Notes under the pieces: generated by a model
The model's database searches: none
What the model saw: the letters and a program-made list of their open reading frames with translations, nothing else
Told to the model about the DNA's origin: nothing
Program-made: the position numbers and the translations under genes
Shown: positions 13,058 through 25,647 of the stretch, piece after piece
How the letters are laid out: the number at the start of each line of letters is the position of its first letter
Numbering within the stretch: the first letter of the stretch is position 1
Source: Isurus oxyrinchus
Taxonomy: Eukaryota
DNA: 64,000 bases
Assembly: GCA_026770705.1 (NCBI GenBank)
Contig: JANJGN010000035.1
Location: forward strand, 14,198,001 to 14,262,000
Reading direction: 5' to 3'

Positions 13058-13545
13058 CAAAACCTCCTCAAAAGAAAATACCTCCATTCCTGGCATCAAC
13101 CTTGTGAATGTTGCCTGGACGTTCTCCAATGCCAGAATATCTTTCTTGAGGTAAGGGGACCAAAACTGTCCATGGTGTTCCAGTTTTGGTCAAAATAGTG
13201 CCTTGTATACCATTAGCGAGACTTCCCTATATGTATATTACATTCTCTTTGAAATAAAGTTCAACATACCAACTGCCTTAGCTATCACCTGTTTGAATTT
13301 GTATGCCAACTTTTTGGCATTCATGCGCGAGGAACCCAAATCCCTCTGTGCTGCAGCTTTCTTCAGTCTTTCTCCACTAAAGTAATATTCAGCACCTCCA
13401 TTCCTCCTGCAAAATGCATCAACTTGCACTTTCGCACATTAATTTCCATCTGTCACGTTTTTGTCCACTCACTTGTCCGTGTATACACACCTGTAGAAGC
13501 TTGGTGTCATCCTCACAACTTGCCAATTCACCCATTTTTGTGCTG
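13057..13545 (-). mobile_element. CR1 LINE fragment
   Basis: ORF track: ENVQATFTRLMPGME, AQRDLG..KAVGMLNFI. Confidence 0.85.
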
Positions 13546-13549
13546 TATC

Positions 13550-14790
13550 ATACCTGCTGTTGGACTGAACCACAGCCTCACGGTGTTGCCTCATCTAGGC
13601 CCTGCGCTTTCACTGATGCACAGTTTCGTGTCCATGAATACCCCACGCAGGTGAGGCTCTGATTTTTCCCCCTGAAGAAATTTTTCCTGACACTTAACTT
13701 AAAACCCCAGAGGACACAGCCCAACTTCTTCAACGCAGGAAAGCCTGTGGACTTAGCGACCATTGTGGAGAACGGCATAGTGTTCTAGAAGGCGATTTGG
13801 GATAGAGAGAAGGCAGCGTTATTCATCAAGCCTTCGCTGCAAGGCGGAGATAGGATGCAGTTCAGAAATAGACATAGTGTTTGGCTGGTGGTCATGAGTA
13901 AATTCGGAGATTTACCACTGAAAAGATGCAGCAGCACAAACGTGTTTTAAAATTAACCTCAACAGCTCAGTCAGTCACCCAACTCTGCAACCAAATTTTG
14001 TGATCGGTTTGGAAAACTGGGAAAAAAAATCATCCAAAAACGAATATGAACCTGAAAGAACTGCTCGAAGAGTCACCCTTTCCCACTCCAGACATGAGGG
14101 TTGCTGGAATCCAGTATTCCCTCTAAAATCTGCAATTGCTGTCGCAAAATGCAGCATTTAATCCAAAGGAAATTCTATCCAGGTCCAGGAGTCTATATAT
14201 ATAGGGAAAATCGGGATTCAATCCCAGCAGACCTATGAGAATCTGACAAATCAAGACTCTCTTCCTGTTAACCTAGGGTCATCTCAAAGTTTCAGATCCC
14301 CTCCTTCGAAAGACAAGAAATCTCTGATGCTTTTTTTGGAAAGACAAGGTTCACTTCCTTTGGCTTTAGGATGAAGCCATAAGTTTAGCTTTACCTACAG
14401 AAGAAAGTCATATGGTCCCAAAGCATTAACTCTGTTTCTCTCTCGGCAGCTGCTGCCACACCTCCGTTTTTTTTCCAGAAATTCCTGTTTTTTTTTTAAT
14501 TTCAGATTGCTAGCATCTTCGTTCTTTTGCTTTTATATTGAAAAAAAAGGAATTCACTTCCTTTTGCCGTAAAAAGATATTTTCCAAGAAAACAGGATTT
14601 GAATTACCGTTCAATTTCCAGGAATCCCTCCCACCCCTGCCACCCCCACTCCACCCCCCACCGCCCACCCCCCCCCCCCCCCCCCCACGCCCTTGATAAG
14701 GAAAAGGCTGAAATTTTTAAAAAGTTTAGAACTTCATCTGCCCAACTCCACCAGCAGGAAGAGTTGGATTTTCCAGCGTGAAAAATGAAC
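13550..14790 (+). pseudogene. LRR remnants split by a Penelope repeat and a poly-C tract
   Basis: GLNHSLTVLP, TLQPNF..GLEN, NLKELL, QTYENLTN, ISRNP, QLHQQEELDF. Confidence 0.58.
14395..14540 (+). mobile_element. Penelope terminal repeat remnant (shared with 57775-57915)
   Basis: AGAAGAAAGTCATATGG..CATTAACTCTGTTTCTCTCTC..TTTCAGATTGCTAGCATC. Confidence 0.7.
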
Positions 14791-15420
14791 ATATAAACAT
14801 TGAACAGGAGTAGGCCATTATGAACCCCACGCCCCCAGCTCCCCTCCACACCCGCACACCGCCCCCCTCCCCCCCAACACACACACACCCACACAACCAC
14901 TCACCTCGCCACTCCCCCGACACTGAACACATGCCAGTGTTCAATAAGATCATGGCTGGCCTTGATACCAGCCTCAAATCTGCACTGTGGCCTGCCCGAT
15001 AATCTTTCACTGCTTTGCTTGCCCATGTTCTTATCACCCCTGCCTTTAAAACATTCAAACACTTTGCTCCCAACGCCAATTCAGGCAAAGAGTTCCAAAG
15101 TCTTATGCCCCTATGAGAAAAAAAAAATAATTTGCCTCATCTATGTTTTAAATGAGAGGCTACTTATTTTTAAACAGCGACCCCTAGTTCTAGATTCTCA
15201 CAGAAGAGGAAACACCATCTCCTCATCTACCCTGTCAGGAACCCTCAGGATGTTATAGGTTTCAATCGAGTCGTCTCTTAATCTTCTAAACTCCTGTCCA
15301 AACATTGCTCATTAGAAAACACGCCTATTCCACCTTTTAGTCTGATAAAACCTCACTGAACTACTGCCAACTCATTAACATCCTTCATTAAGTAAACTGA
15401 GCAATACTGTACACTGTACC
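14790..15420 (-). mobile_element. CR1 LINE 3' end
   Basis: GGAGTAGGCCATT..TTCAATAAGATCATGGCTG..CCCTAGTTCTAGATTCTC; partner at 58150-58660. Confidence 0.85.
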
Positions 15421-15899
15421 TTGGCCCTCCTCGCTATCAAATCGACTGTCCATCTTCCTCCTCCCCACAATACCTTCCAAAGAGGACAAGTGGGAGAGGG
15501 GAGCAGAATAGGTGAAAGATCAACCAGGGAGGTTGCCCCCTGCAACCGGTGTTAGAACGGGCAGATGAGGAGGGGCCTGACCCAATCCACCAACAAACTC
15601 TGCCTTCTCTACCACCATTAGCACCCTTGTCCCCTCGGCATCAGCCCGCGTCTTCTTTTACTCCACGCCCTCTCTGCGCTGTGGTAAGCCGCAGTCTGGG
15701 AGGCACTGGGCCGCAGTATGCTTCGGTAACACCCTCTCCTCCACGGAGAACCCAACTTGCCAACCACCATTCGACCAATGATTCAGAAGTACCCAGGCTG
15801 GCAATCACGGAGCCCCGCCCCTCGACAGGCCGCGCCCACCGACACGACCATTTCAGCACCTTCCGAAAAGAAAGTGTGGTGGGGGGGGGGGGGGGGGGG

Positions 15900-17190
15900 G
15901 CGGCGTTTGGAGTCTTGATGAACTGTGACTGAGTTGTTCGATAATTAGCAACTCAAAGCTTCTATTTGGCAGTCTATCTCAGCAAATTGTTATATCTTTA
16001 AAATTTTCATCGTACTATAGCAGATCGTCTTTTGCATTGCGTTTGCAATTTAAATATCAGCCCGTTAGGTTCCCCCACCTTAAAATGGCAACAAATAGAA
16101 CCGTCCATGACTGTGGACTCAACCATTTAAAGACATATGGTGTACATATCAAAGTGTTGCCCAATCTCTTCACACGCTCTTATCTACGATCTCCTGATAA
16201 GTTTTTAAACCGAGGTAATTTCACATTTAACTCGGATAATTTAAGATTCTCTAAATATGGATCTCTTAAATACCTTAGATGTACATTATAAATTGCAGAT
16301 CCTGTAACCCCCTTCTCAAATAAAGGAGGATTGCTTCAGAGTAGAACACGCCAGCGGGAGATGAATTGGAATGCTCCATCTGAAAAGTCAGTGACTAAAT
16401 TCGAACTTTGATCTCTTTAATTAAGATTTTCCACAGATTATTACATAATAAGAGCTTTAATCACGAACCTTGTTTAATTTATTAAAAATTAGGGAACATA
16501 TAGTTTAAGTGTAAAGCATTTTAATAATGATATGTATTTTCGCGACCCCCGTCCCCAGAGAGACGAGTTGAGATTGACTTGATTCCACTGACAAAGGGCT
16601 TTCAGATGAATGATATAGCACCACCCCAACCCCCACCACCTCCCCACCCTTCTGGCACACACACCCTGCATAAATTGATGCCAAGCATATTTACGAACTC
16701 AGCAACATGTGTGCTCTGAGTTCTTCTTGTCGTTTGGTTCCTTCATGTAGGCAATAATCACAATTTCAGGTTCGTAGCCTGAGGGCTCATCGACAGGAAG
16801 GAAAGTGGAATTAATTGATTCATGGAACATCTGCCATGAATGTTAGAGAAGCCTCCATGGGTCGAAGGGCGTTATCCCTGCTTCTATTGCTTCAGCTTCC
16901 GTTGCCATCAAAAGGTGGTGCATTGTTAATATCACTGAGATGCTAATCCAGAGATCCATTCTAAGGCTCTGAGGACATATTGGAATTTAATGGCGGGCAG
17001 TGGAATTTAACTTCACTTGCCTATGCTGCCTTGTGTAAAAGTATATGTTTGACTTGGTTCTGTTTGATATCACACCACGTAACAAAGCTAAAAATATTCA
17101 GATGTGCTTTCCAAAAGTATGCCTTCTTACAGTGAATGAAGACGGTCAATTCCAAATAAAAGCAGATGGTGATGAGGGTATGACAGGCAA
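15900..17190 (+). pseudogene. LRR remnants
   Basis: GVWSLDEL*LS (15902), LFGSLSQ, GLNHLK, IKVLPNLF, LNTLDVHY, WFLHVGNN..GL, LTWFCL. Confidence 0.62.
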
Positions 17191-17224
17191 GAGCGTATTT
17201 TGATGCCAATTTCCTTTAAAACCA

Positions 17225-18225
17225 CTCTAGGCCCTGCAACCCTCATTGTCTCTACAAAAACCTCCACTCCTATCACTCATACTGCGCTTGCACACTCATA
17301 TAGCCCCTACAATATACTGTAAGCAATCATAGGCCTTATACTTTTCAATGCCATGCAAACAAACGTTTCCTCACATTTTTCACAAATACTGTATGCCTTT
17401 CTCTCTCTGTTAGCTCCACCAGCCATATAAAATCTCACTATGTCTTTAACCCCTCTAGAAGTTGAAACCATCCCTACGGCTATACTATCGGTCAGCCCTT
17501 CCCTATATCTTGCAACATCTTCAGGCCCTAAAATGTGACCTATAACCATCTAGAAATTCCGAAGCTACAACCCTTCCAAACTCTATAACGTCCTTCAGAC
17601 AATAATACCCTCCCTATTTCTGTAACCTCCTCCAGCACCTTAAATCCTCCGTCACTGAAACATTCTCCAAAAGCTAGTGCGCTCCAAATGCCTGTATATT
17701 CTTCTAGCCCTACAACCCTCCCTGCCTCTGTAATCGCATCCAGCCCCTACAACTATCTCACTGTCAGAAAACATCAACTGCCACTTCAAGTCTCCATAAC
17801 TCGTTAACATCCACCATCAACCAACATCCTTACTATCACTGCAACCTCCTCCAGCCGCATAACCAATCATATCTCTATAAATCCCTACAGTCCGTACCAC
17901 CCTCCCTATCTACAATAGCTCCTCCAGCTCCTGTAAACCTTCCATCTCTGTAACATCTTCCAACTCCTGCAACCCACTATCTCTGTAACCTCCTCCAACC
18001 CCTACTCACTTAGGATGTCTGTAACGTCCTCCAGCCCCCCAGAACAGCCCTATCTCTGTAACTTCCTTCAGCCCCCACAATTATACTTATCTCTGTAACC
18101 CATTCAAACCCCCAACAGCCTCCCTACCTCCGTAACCACTTCTAAACCCCACAACTTTTCCGATTTCTGTAACCACCTCCAGCCCCGACAACCCTCCCTA
18201 CACCTTTAATCTACTTCAAATCCGT
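17225..18225. repeat. Degenerate 37-bp minisatellite (~27 units)
   Basis: Consensus CCCTCCCTATCTCTGTAACCTCCTCCAGCCCCTACAA; period 37 (18051/18088). Confidence 0.9.
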
Positions 18226-18484
18226 GATTCCTTTAAACTTTGCTAATGCTGACAGATTTCTATATGCAAATTGGCTGCAATGCTTTCTATAAAACAATAA
18301 TAAATATATTTTTAGGAAAGCCATTAATGATCGGTATTTTATTTTTGACGTGCTATATCTCGTGAAATATAAGTTTTCCTTAGTTAGCTATTCCACAATT
18401 AATCCATCGAGACATGCATTCTCACAAAATACAAAATTGCTGGAAGGAGATTTAAAAAAAAATATCCAGACTGGACCGTATTCA

Positions 18485-19415
18485 GTAGCAGTCAAGGCAC
18501 TGTGGTTTAGGGGTAATGTGGCTGGACTAATAATCCAGGGTACAGTGGTTTAGGGTTTATGTCCCTGGAGTAACAGTCCAGGATACAATAATATAGGGAT
18601 CATGTTACCGGACCAATTGCCCAGGGTACAGGAGTGTAGGTGTTATATTACTAAAGTAATAATCAATGATACAGGAATCTAGAGGCTATGTTAATGGACT
18701 AACAATCCAGTCTACAGTAGTGTAGGTGTTATGCCACTAGACTAATTATGCACATTGCAGACGTGGATGGCCTATGTTCCTTTGCTAATAACCCAGTGTG
18801 CAGTGGGGTAGGGATTAACATTATTAATATCATTATATTATTAATATGCAGAGTAGATATGCGAAAGGTATTGTTATTGCATGAATAATCCAGGGTACAG
18901 TTGGTTAGATCTTATATTAGTTGACTAATAATTCATGGAACATTTGTTTTGGAGTTATGTTATATGACTAATAATCAAGGATGCAGTAGTGCAGAAGTTA
19001 TGTTACTGGACTAAAAATCCAATGTGTTGGGGTTATTTCACTGGAATGATAATCCAGGGAAAAGTGTTTCAACAGTTATGTTACTGCAATAATAATACAG
19101 GGAAGAGTAGTATAGCGGTTTGGTTACTGAACTCATAATGCAGCACACAGCATGCCAATGGTTATGTTACTGGGCTAATAAAACAGGCTACAGTAGTTGA
19201 GGGATTATTTAATTGGACAAACAATTCAGGGTACATTGGTTTTGGGATCATTTTTACTGGACTAGTAATCCAGAGTACAGTAGTGTAGTAGTTATTGTGT
19301 AGGATTTATAATTGAGAGCAAAGTAATGTGAGCGTTATGTTAATGGCCTATCCTCTACTTTACAATAGTGCAGCGGTTGTGTTATTGGATTAACAATCCA
19401 GGGTGCAGCGGTGTA
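18485..19415. repeat. Degenerate 43-bp minisatellite from a SINE head (~21 units)
   Basis: Consensus CAGTGGTGTAGGGGTTATGTTACTGGACTAATAATCCAGGGTA; period 43 (18534/18577). Confidence 0.9.
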
Positions 19416-19419
19416 GATT

Positions 19420-19660
19420 TTTTTTTACATATTTGTGGGCTGTGGGCGTCGCTGGCTAGGTTACCATTTTTCCCATCACTAGTTGCCCTTGAGAAGGTAG
19501 TGGTGTGCTGCATTCTTGTTCTGCTGCAGTCACTGCAGTGTAGGTGCACCAACATTGATGTAAGGGATGGAGCTGCAGATTTGTGACCCAGCGCTAATGA
19601 AGCAGCAGCATGTATTTCCAAGTCAGGATGGTGAATGGCTAAGAGGGGATCGTCCATCAG
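19420..19660 (-). mobile_element. LINE 3' tail (family sharing its tail with the local SINE)
   Basis: TGTGGGCGTCGCTGGCTAGG..TAGTTGCCCTTGAGAAGG..TTTCCAAGTCAGGATGG. Confidence 0.75.
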
Positions 19661-20104
19661 ATGATGTTTCTAACAATCACTTACCATTAATGCTTTATCA
19701 GTAGTGGTCGAGGACGCTTCACTGTCTACTGAAATAAAGTAAACGATGCTGCATCAATGTTAAAATTATTAATTTATTCATGTTAAACACATATCAAGGC
19801 AATCGTGTTCTAAATGTTCACTATGTTCAACGCATAATGAATAATTGGTTGTTAAAAGAAACCAATTGGGTGTGTTCTTTCTGTTTGCCCAACAGAACAT
19901 AGGTTTCCATGCAAATAGATTCACGCTTTCATTTAAATTTCCAAAAAAATAAATAAATCACCGATTACATGCTTTAAACAGAAGTATTACTTTTGAGACT
20001 CTTCCCCTGCATTCCGTTTGCAACCAGCACTAGAATACAAATTGGCTCAAGCACAAGTTGCATTCTCAGTGCAGTAACGTCAACACGGAAAACTCTCTTC
20101 AACA

Positions 20105-20435
20105 TCCAAAGCTGGCCATTAACAAATCCAGGCAGTGGTCGATCTATGTTGTCGTCTGACCTAACAGCCTGCCCCTTTTCCGTGCTAATGCCCTAGGCCG
20201 GCTGTCCCTGAGAGCAAGCACGCAGTGCCTGCTGGTATTTTTGAGGCGTTTGAGGCTCATTGGGCACCGCCGGGACTCGGGTGTTTTTCTGACACTGTTA
20301 CTCACATTTTGCTTTAATGTTTGTTGTTTTCCTTTAAGTTTTTTGTTTGTTTTTGCAGTTTCCCTTTCGGGGCATGCCTTTTACTTTGTCTCTAACTTAT
20401 TAATTTAGCCGATTTCGTTGACTCAAAAGAGTTAC
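20105..20435 (+). mobile_element. L1/Tx1-type LINE ORF2 C-terminus and 3' UTR
   Basis: KLAINKSRQ..LPLFR..LSL..HAV..EAF..WAP; partner at 63485-63815. Confidence 0.7.
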
Positions 20436-20469
20436 ATGGAATAAAAAAGCCGTAAAGAATATGTTATTT

Positions 20470-21874
20470 CAGTCAATTTGTAGAAGAGAACATGAACGTG
20501 GCTGACAAAAGAGGCATGTCGAAGTTTTTCGCCTTGCAATCATCAGTCAGTTGGTAGTCTTGCAAAGTGACCTGATCTTTTAAATGTCTCTTTTCTTAGT
20601 CCAAGTTGTTGCTTACAATTTAGGGCGAAAATTTTGCTGAAGACTTTGGGCTGACCATATCCAAAAGTCAGAGATAATGCCTGAATATTCATGCAGATAA
20701 ACTTGTAACACTGTGGTGTGCTTTTAACTTTGAGCTCTACATTAAAGCGAATGGGATCAGAAAGGATATATTGCACATGCGGCAGGTCTGCACTGGAAGG
20801 GAATTTTTGGAATCCAGGAATGGACTTATAAAATCCATAGTAATCAGAATGCGCTGACGGCCAACATGACAATTGCCCATTGTCTCCGCCAAGCGACATT
20901 CCTCTTACATAACGGAATTGTGGACAACATATTTGCTACATGATTTGCACAATATGCAACCATTTTCTTCGAAATGGTTCATGGGGGGCGGGCTTCACTG
21001 GCTATGCAAGCGTTTGCCGTCTATCCCTAATTCTCGTTCTTCAAAGGGCAGTAAAGAGTCAAGCACATTGCTGTGGGTCTGGAGTCACATGTAGGCCATG
21101 CCAGGAAAGGACGGTAGATTTCCTGCCCGAAAGGACATGAGTGAATCAAATGGGTTTTTACGACAATGGACGATGGTTCATGGTCATCATTAGTCATTTT
21201 TATTTTCCAAACTTCCATGAATTCAAATTTCACCATCTGCCATGGAGGGATTCGAACCAGAGTCTGCACACCATTAGCCTGGGCCTCTGCAATAAAAGTC
21301 CAGTGTCAACAGCTCTATGTTACTACATCCCCCAACATGACGTGAGAAAACGTTTTCAAACAATGAATCGTTCCGGTTTTGAATGCACTGCCTGCAAGTG
21401 TGATGGAGGCAGGTAAAATTAAGGCATTCAAGAGGGCATTCAATGATTATTTGAAGGGAAACAATGAGCATGAGTTCCAGGGAAAAGGCAGGGCAACGGT
21501 ACTAAGTGATAATGCTCACTTCGAGATCGGGTAGCAAATGCAATAGTCCAAAAGGTATCGTTCTGTGCCACAAAAATTCTGACATATCATCAAAACATGC
21601 TAGCCTTTATAACACACCAACTGATCGTCTGCAACAGTAACCGTGGCAGGGAAATAAAGGCAAGTAAGCGATGGTTCAGCATTCGGGAACGTTTTGGGCT
21701 ACATTCACCCGTGTAGTGAGGCAGACTTCATCGTGCATCCCTGGGCCACCAGCATCTCAAAATGTGAGTCCAATCGCTTTAACCTCTCTGGAACTGTCTT
21801 TATCTTTTCAACCTATAGGTGAACCAACATTGGAAACACCTGAAATGAACACGGCACTAATACTGACATTTCCT
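20470..21874 (+). pseudogene. LRR remnants interrupted by SINE/LINE at ~20975-21580
   Basis: SFKCLFS*SKLLL, ITELWTTYLLHDLHNMQ (20909), QGNK..SDGSAFGN, ALTSLELSLSFQPI; GTGAGT donor at 21875. Confidence 0.6.
20975..21330 (-). mobile_element. tRNA-head SINE, near full length
   Basis: CACATTGCTGTGGGTCTGGAGTCACATGTAGGCC..GAATTCAAATTTCACCATCTGCCATGG..GATTCGAACC (B box). Confidence 0.85.
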
Positions 21875-21909
21875 GTGAGTTTGAAAATCGCGCAAAGTGT
21901 CACTACACG

Positions 21910-22750
21910 AGAGAGACATCAGAGGTGAATCTCGGCATGCGTGATGAAAGAGACAGAAACCAGATTTTCAGTCCCATCTTCCAGTTGAACACGAGGTGGC
22001 TGTGGTGGAGCAGAGACCATTACCCAACTGCGTGTGGAATGTGCCTTTGCAAAGAAGGTCTGGATATACTCTTTATCTCGGTGTGGGTCCCTGGGGTACA
22101 GCCCGTTGAGCACGGACTCCTGTGTGACAGAGCTGCTCGGGATGAATCTCGATGAAAAAAAAAATCACTGTATCTCTCTCCAAAAACATCAACAGCAGCT
22201 GGAGGATCTTCAACTCAGTGAAAGACACTCTTTGGTCTGCCCGAAACTTGATGTCATCCAGTGCAATGAGTTATCCCTGGCCGAATATTGTAGAGTGGCA
22301 TATTCCAAAGCACAGTACTACATGCTGGGGAATGCATGAAAGATTGGGGTAGCTGCCGCAAATGCGCAATGGGAGGGGGTGGGGGGGGGGTCACTCTATA
22401 TGAGCTTTCTGCCAGAGTGTAACAAGGGTTTTGGAATTGCTTAGACCCGGCAGGCTGAATGAAGAACATTGAAAGTATGCAGGAAATACTACAAGCATCA
22501 TAATTGTACTTAGGCACCTCAGAATGGAACATGATCCAGGTAGGCAACTTAAATTCTGTTTCACTGTCTGACTGTTATGACCTTTATCAACTGCAATAAT
22601 ATTCCTTGATTATATTGAAGCACCTCATGGTGCAATATGGTCTATGTGGAAAATTAGAATATGATTCAACTTTTTGTGATGGCTATTTGGAAATATTTTG
22701 GAATGTACTTTCAAGGTACTTTATCAGTAAAGCATGTTAATGCAAAAAAA
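21910..22750 (+). mobile_element. Tx1-type LINE 3' end (zinc knuckle, C-terminus, 3' UTR, A tail)
   Basis: RGGCGGAETI..VECAFAKKVW; WRIFNSVKDTLWSARNL. Confidence 0.8.
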
Positions 22751-22919
22751 AGTTAATGCCTTTTTTGACTGGTTGTCACGTGCTCTTGGTATTCCGTTCC
22801 ATTAAACAGAGGAGGTTACTCGATTGACCATCCCGAACAAGGCCAATTATACTCTCTCCATGTGCCCTTGTTTTGTTTATTAATTTATGGGATGTGGGCG
22901 ACCCTGGCTAGGCCAGCAC

Positions 22920-24120
22920 CCGGGGCTAACCAGGGTTCCATTCGATGGCCCTTTTTTTTCCATAATAGTTATTTTCGACTTTGTCCTGAGCACTAAGGGC
23001 CCGATTTTCTAACGCTTGAATGATATTTTGTAGTAAAATTGCCCGAAGGGAAAATCATATCACGTGGCTCAGGAGGTTGGAAGCCTGGGGAGAAAATCTT
23101 CAGGAAACACTTAACGCAGAAAAATAGGAAGACGTGCACTTTTACAAGAATAGGCAAAAATGAAACTTAAACTTAAAAACAAATAGGAACTCTGCAAGGG
23201 GTTGTACATGGGACTGAAAGGCATCGGGTCAAAAGTGCATACATCCTTGCAAATGACATCGCATGTTAGGAAAGCACTTTATACAAAACAACGTGTTGTG
23301 CTTCATCAATTGCCTATTGTACCAATGTGAGGTCGGTTCAAATGCACCAAGGTCAGTGCAACATCATGCACTGACACCTGAAGTTGTCAAGCAAACTAAT
23401 TGATCAATGTGCAACAGTGGTTTGAAAAATGCGTGTTGAAGCCACTTGTCACGCACCTGAATCTTAGTTTAAGAACAATTGATCGCTAATCTTTCGAAGC
23501 CACAGTCTTTGGATTCTTCACAACTGGAAGAAGAACGGCTGATTTCCAACAGTAACGAAGAGTAAGCATGTCAGGAATTCACCAAAGCCCCTTCGACAGC
23601 AACTTCCAAACCCACGATTACCACCATCTAGAAGGACCAGGGCAGCAGATAGATGGGAACACCACCAACTGGGAAGTGCCCTCCAAGACACTCACCATAC
23701 TGACTTGGGAATGTATCACCGTTCCTTCACTGTTCATGACTTAAAGTCACAGAACTGCCTCCCTAACAGCACTGTAGGTATACCTACATCACAAGGACTC
23801 CAGTGGCACAAGAAGGCAGCTCATCACCACCTTCTCAGGGGGCAATTAGGGATCGGCATTAAATGCTGCCCCAACCAGCGAAGACCACATGCGTTGAATG
23901 CATTAAAAGAAACAATTTGCTGAAGAGGAAGAGGTAAAGAAACTGCCTTGTGATGCGTACATTCTTTGTGAATGATTTCACTGACCTGACTTGGGATGCA
24001 CAATCTCTCAAGGCTGAAATGCTTGATTTGCTTCTTCAGGATAGGAAGATTAAACCAATTTAAATCAAGAAGTATAGCATGATTCACATTCAACTCTTTC
24101 TCGAATTCATCATTTTCAAA
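22920..24120 (+). pseudogene. LRR remnants split by a LINE tail at 23575-23915
   Basis: VKLPEG, LRRLEAWGEN, HLKLSS, VTHLNLS, HNLSRLKCL. Confidence 0.55.
23575..23915 (+). mobile_element. LINE 3' end
   Basis: CTTCCAAACCCACGA..AAGAAGGCAGCTCATCACCACCTTCTCAGGGGGCAATTAGGGAT. Confidence 0.8.
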
Positions 24121-24274
24121 TCAGTTATATAAAAAAAAAACAGTTTGATTCATTTGCATTGCCTCTCCTCAAACGTGGATCAAATATGGAACACATGTTA
24201 AATATGGATCTCTTTTCTGATGTGAACCGTGCATGCCCTTCCACGCAACTCATGGATTATATGACCTAAAACTA

Positions 24275-25335
24275 TATGGACATAAGATATAGGAACCGGA
24301 GCAGACCATTCCGCTCCTAAACTCTGCCTTGCCATTCAATAAGATCATGGCTGATCTTCCCCACTTTTCAGTTCCCGTTCCGTGTTAGCTCATCTTAGCC
24401 CTCAACTCCTGAAGTTTCAAAAACCTAACTACCTCCTCTTTAAATTCTTCCAGTGGTCTATTCTCCACAACTCTCGAATGCAGTTAATTCCAAACAATCC
24501 CTACCTACAGAGATAAGAAATTAATCTGCATCTCAGTTTTCAATGAGTGTTTCCTTACATTGTAGCTTTGTTCAATTGTTCAAAATTCCCCCACTAATGG
24601 CAACATCTTCTTAATATTTACTTGTCAAGGTCCCTAAGGATCAAACATTATGATAAGAAAAAATAAAAACAAAAAATCGCGGACGCTGGAAATCCAAAAC
24701 ATAAACAGAATTTCCTGGACACACTCAGCAGGTCTGGCATAATCAGCGGAGAAGAAAAGACTTGACGTTTCGAGACTTCATGACTCCTCAACATAACTGA
24801 GCCCCTAAGGATCATATACGTTTCAATAGGTTCAAACACCATTCTTCTAAACTCTAATGAATAAAGCTGTAATCTGTTTTTAGGCATTCTTGATATGGCA
24901 GCCCCTTCATTCCAGCAATCAGCCTAGTCAATCTCTTTTGAACTGCGCCCTATGACGGTTTACCCTTTCTTAAATATGGAGACCAACACTGTATGCATTA
25001 CTCCTGGCACGGCCTCAACAACGCCCAGTGAAATTGTAAGAAGACTTCACTGTTTTTAAACACCAACCCCCTAGCACTGTTTGCCTAAATTCCATTTGTT
25101 TTCTTAATTAGTCGCTGCACCTGTTAGCTAACTTTTTGTGTTTCATTCACAAGAACACCCAGATCCCTCTATGTTGCACTTTTTGCACTCTCTCTCTCTC
25201 TCTCCCTATTGAAATGATTGCCTGCCTTTCGTTGTTCTGACTAAAGTGCATGAGCTCACACTTTCCTAAATTAATCACAGTCTGTCAAGTCTTTGCCCGC
25301 TCAATCAAACTGTCTATACCCCCTGGCAGATTCGT
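24275..25335 (-). mobile_element. CR1 LINE 3' fragment with a nested Penelope repeat
   Basis: CATAAGATATAGGAACCGGAGCAGACCATT tail; LYSLEFRRM in ORF track. Confidence 0.85.
24655..24800 (-). mobile_element. Penelope terminal repeat flanked by a 12-bp direct repeat
   Basis: GCGGACGCTGGAAATCC..CTCAGCAGGTCTGGCA..GACGTTTCGAG; CCCTAAGGATCA at 24632 and 24803. Confidence 0.8.
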
Positions 25336-25647
25336 ATTGTCCCCATCACAACATGCCCTCCTACTTAATTACAGTTGTCTCAATAGGCGCAATTTTAACA
25401 ATCAGAATTCCGTTTCTCATTTTGATATTTGTCCATCAAGTTTGTATGAGCTTTAAAAACTATACGAAATCAGTATTTCCTTCGTTGTTAATTTTAACTC
25501 CTTTATAATCAACGGGTTCTCATTTAGACAGTTCAGAATCGTTTCAGATTGGACATTATAGGTTCGCAGAAGATTGTCTAATCCTTTAGTCATTTGACAG
25601 TAAAGAACTAGAGCATTGCTGGAAAAGGAGCACCATCAAAAACGTTA

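Larger units (their letters stand above)
26..20600 (+). repeat. Segmental tandem duplication, copy A (part with a visible partner)
   Basis: Colinear landmarks with copy B: 41/40045, 1278/41482 (GTGAGT), 5211/45383, 11199/52406 (tRNA), 16780/59966, 20540/63920. Offset grows from ~40.0 to ~43.4 kb through copy-specific indels. Confidence 0.95.

Noticed and set aside
17225-19415. CRISPR-like periodicity (37 and 43 bp)
   Set aside because: Head-to-tail degenerate units with no unique spacers, no cas genes, eukaryotic context
20222-20245. AVPAGIFE as an LRR
   Set aside because: Lies within the Tx1 ORF2 C-terminus (LPLFR..HAV..EAF..WAP); shows that single LRR-like motifs can mislead
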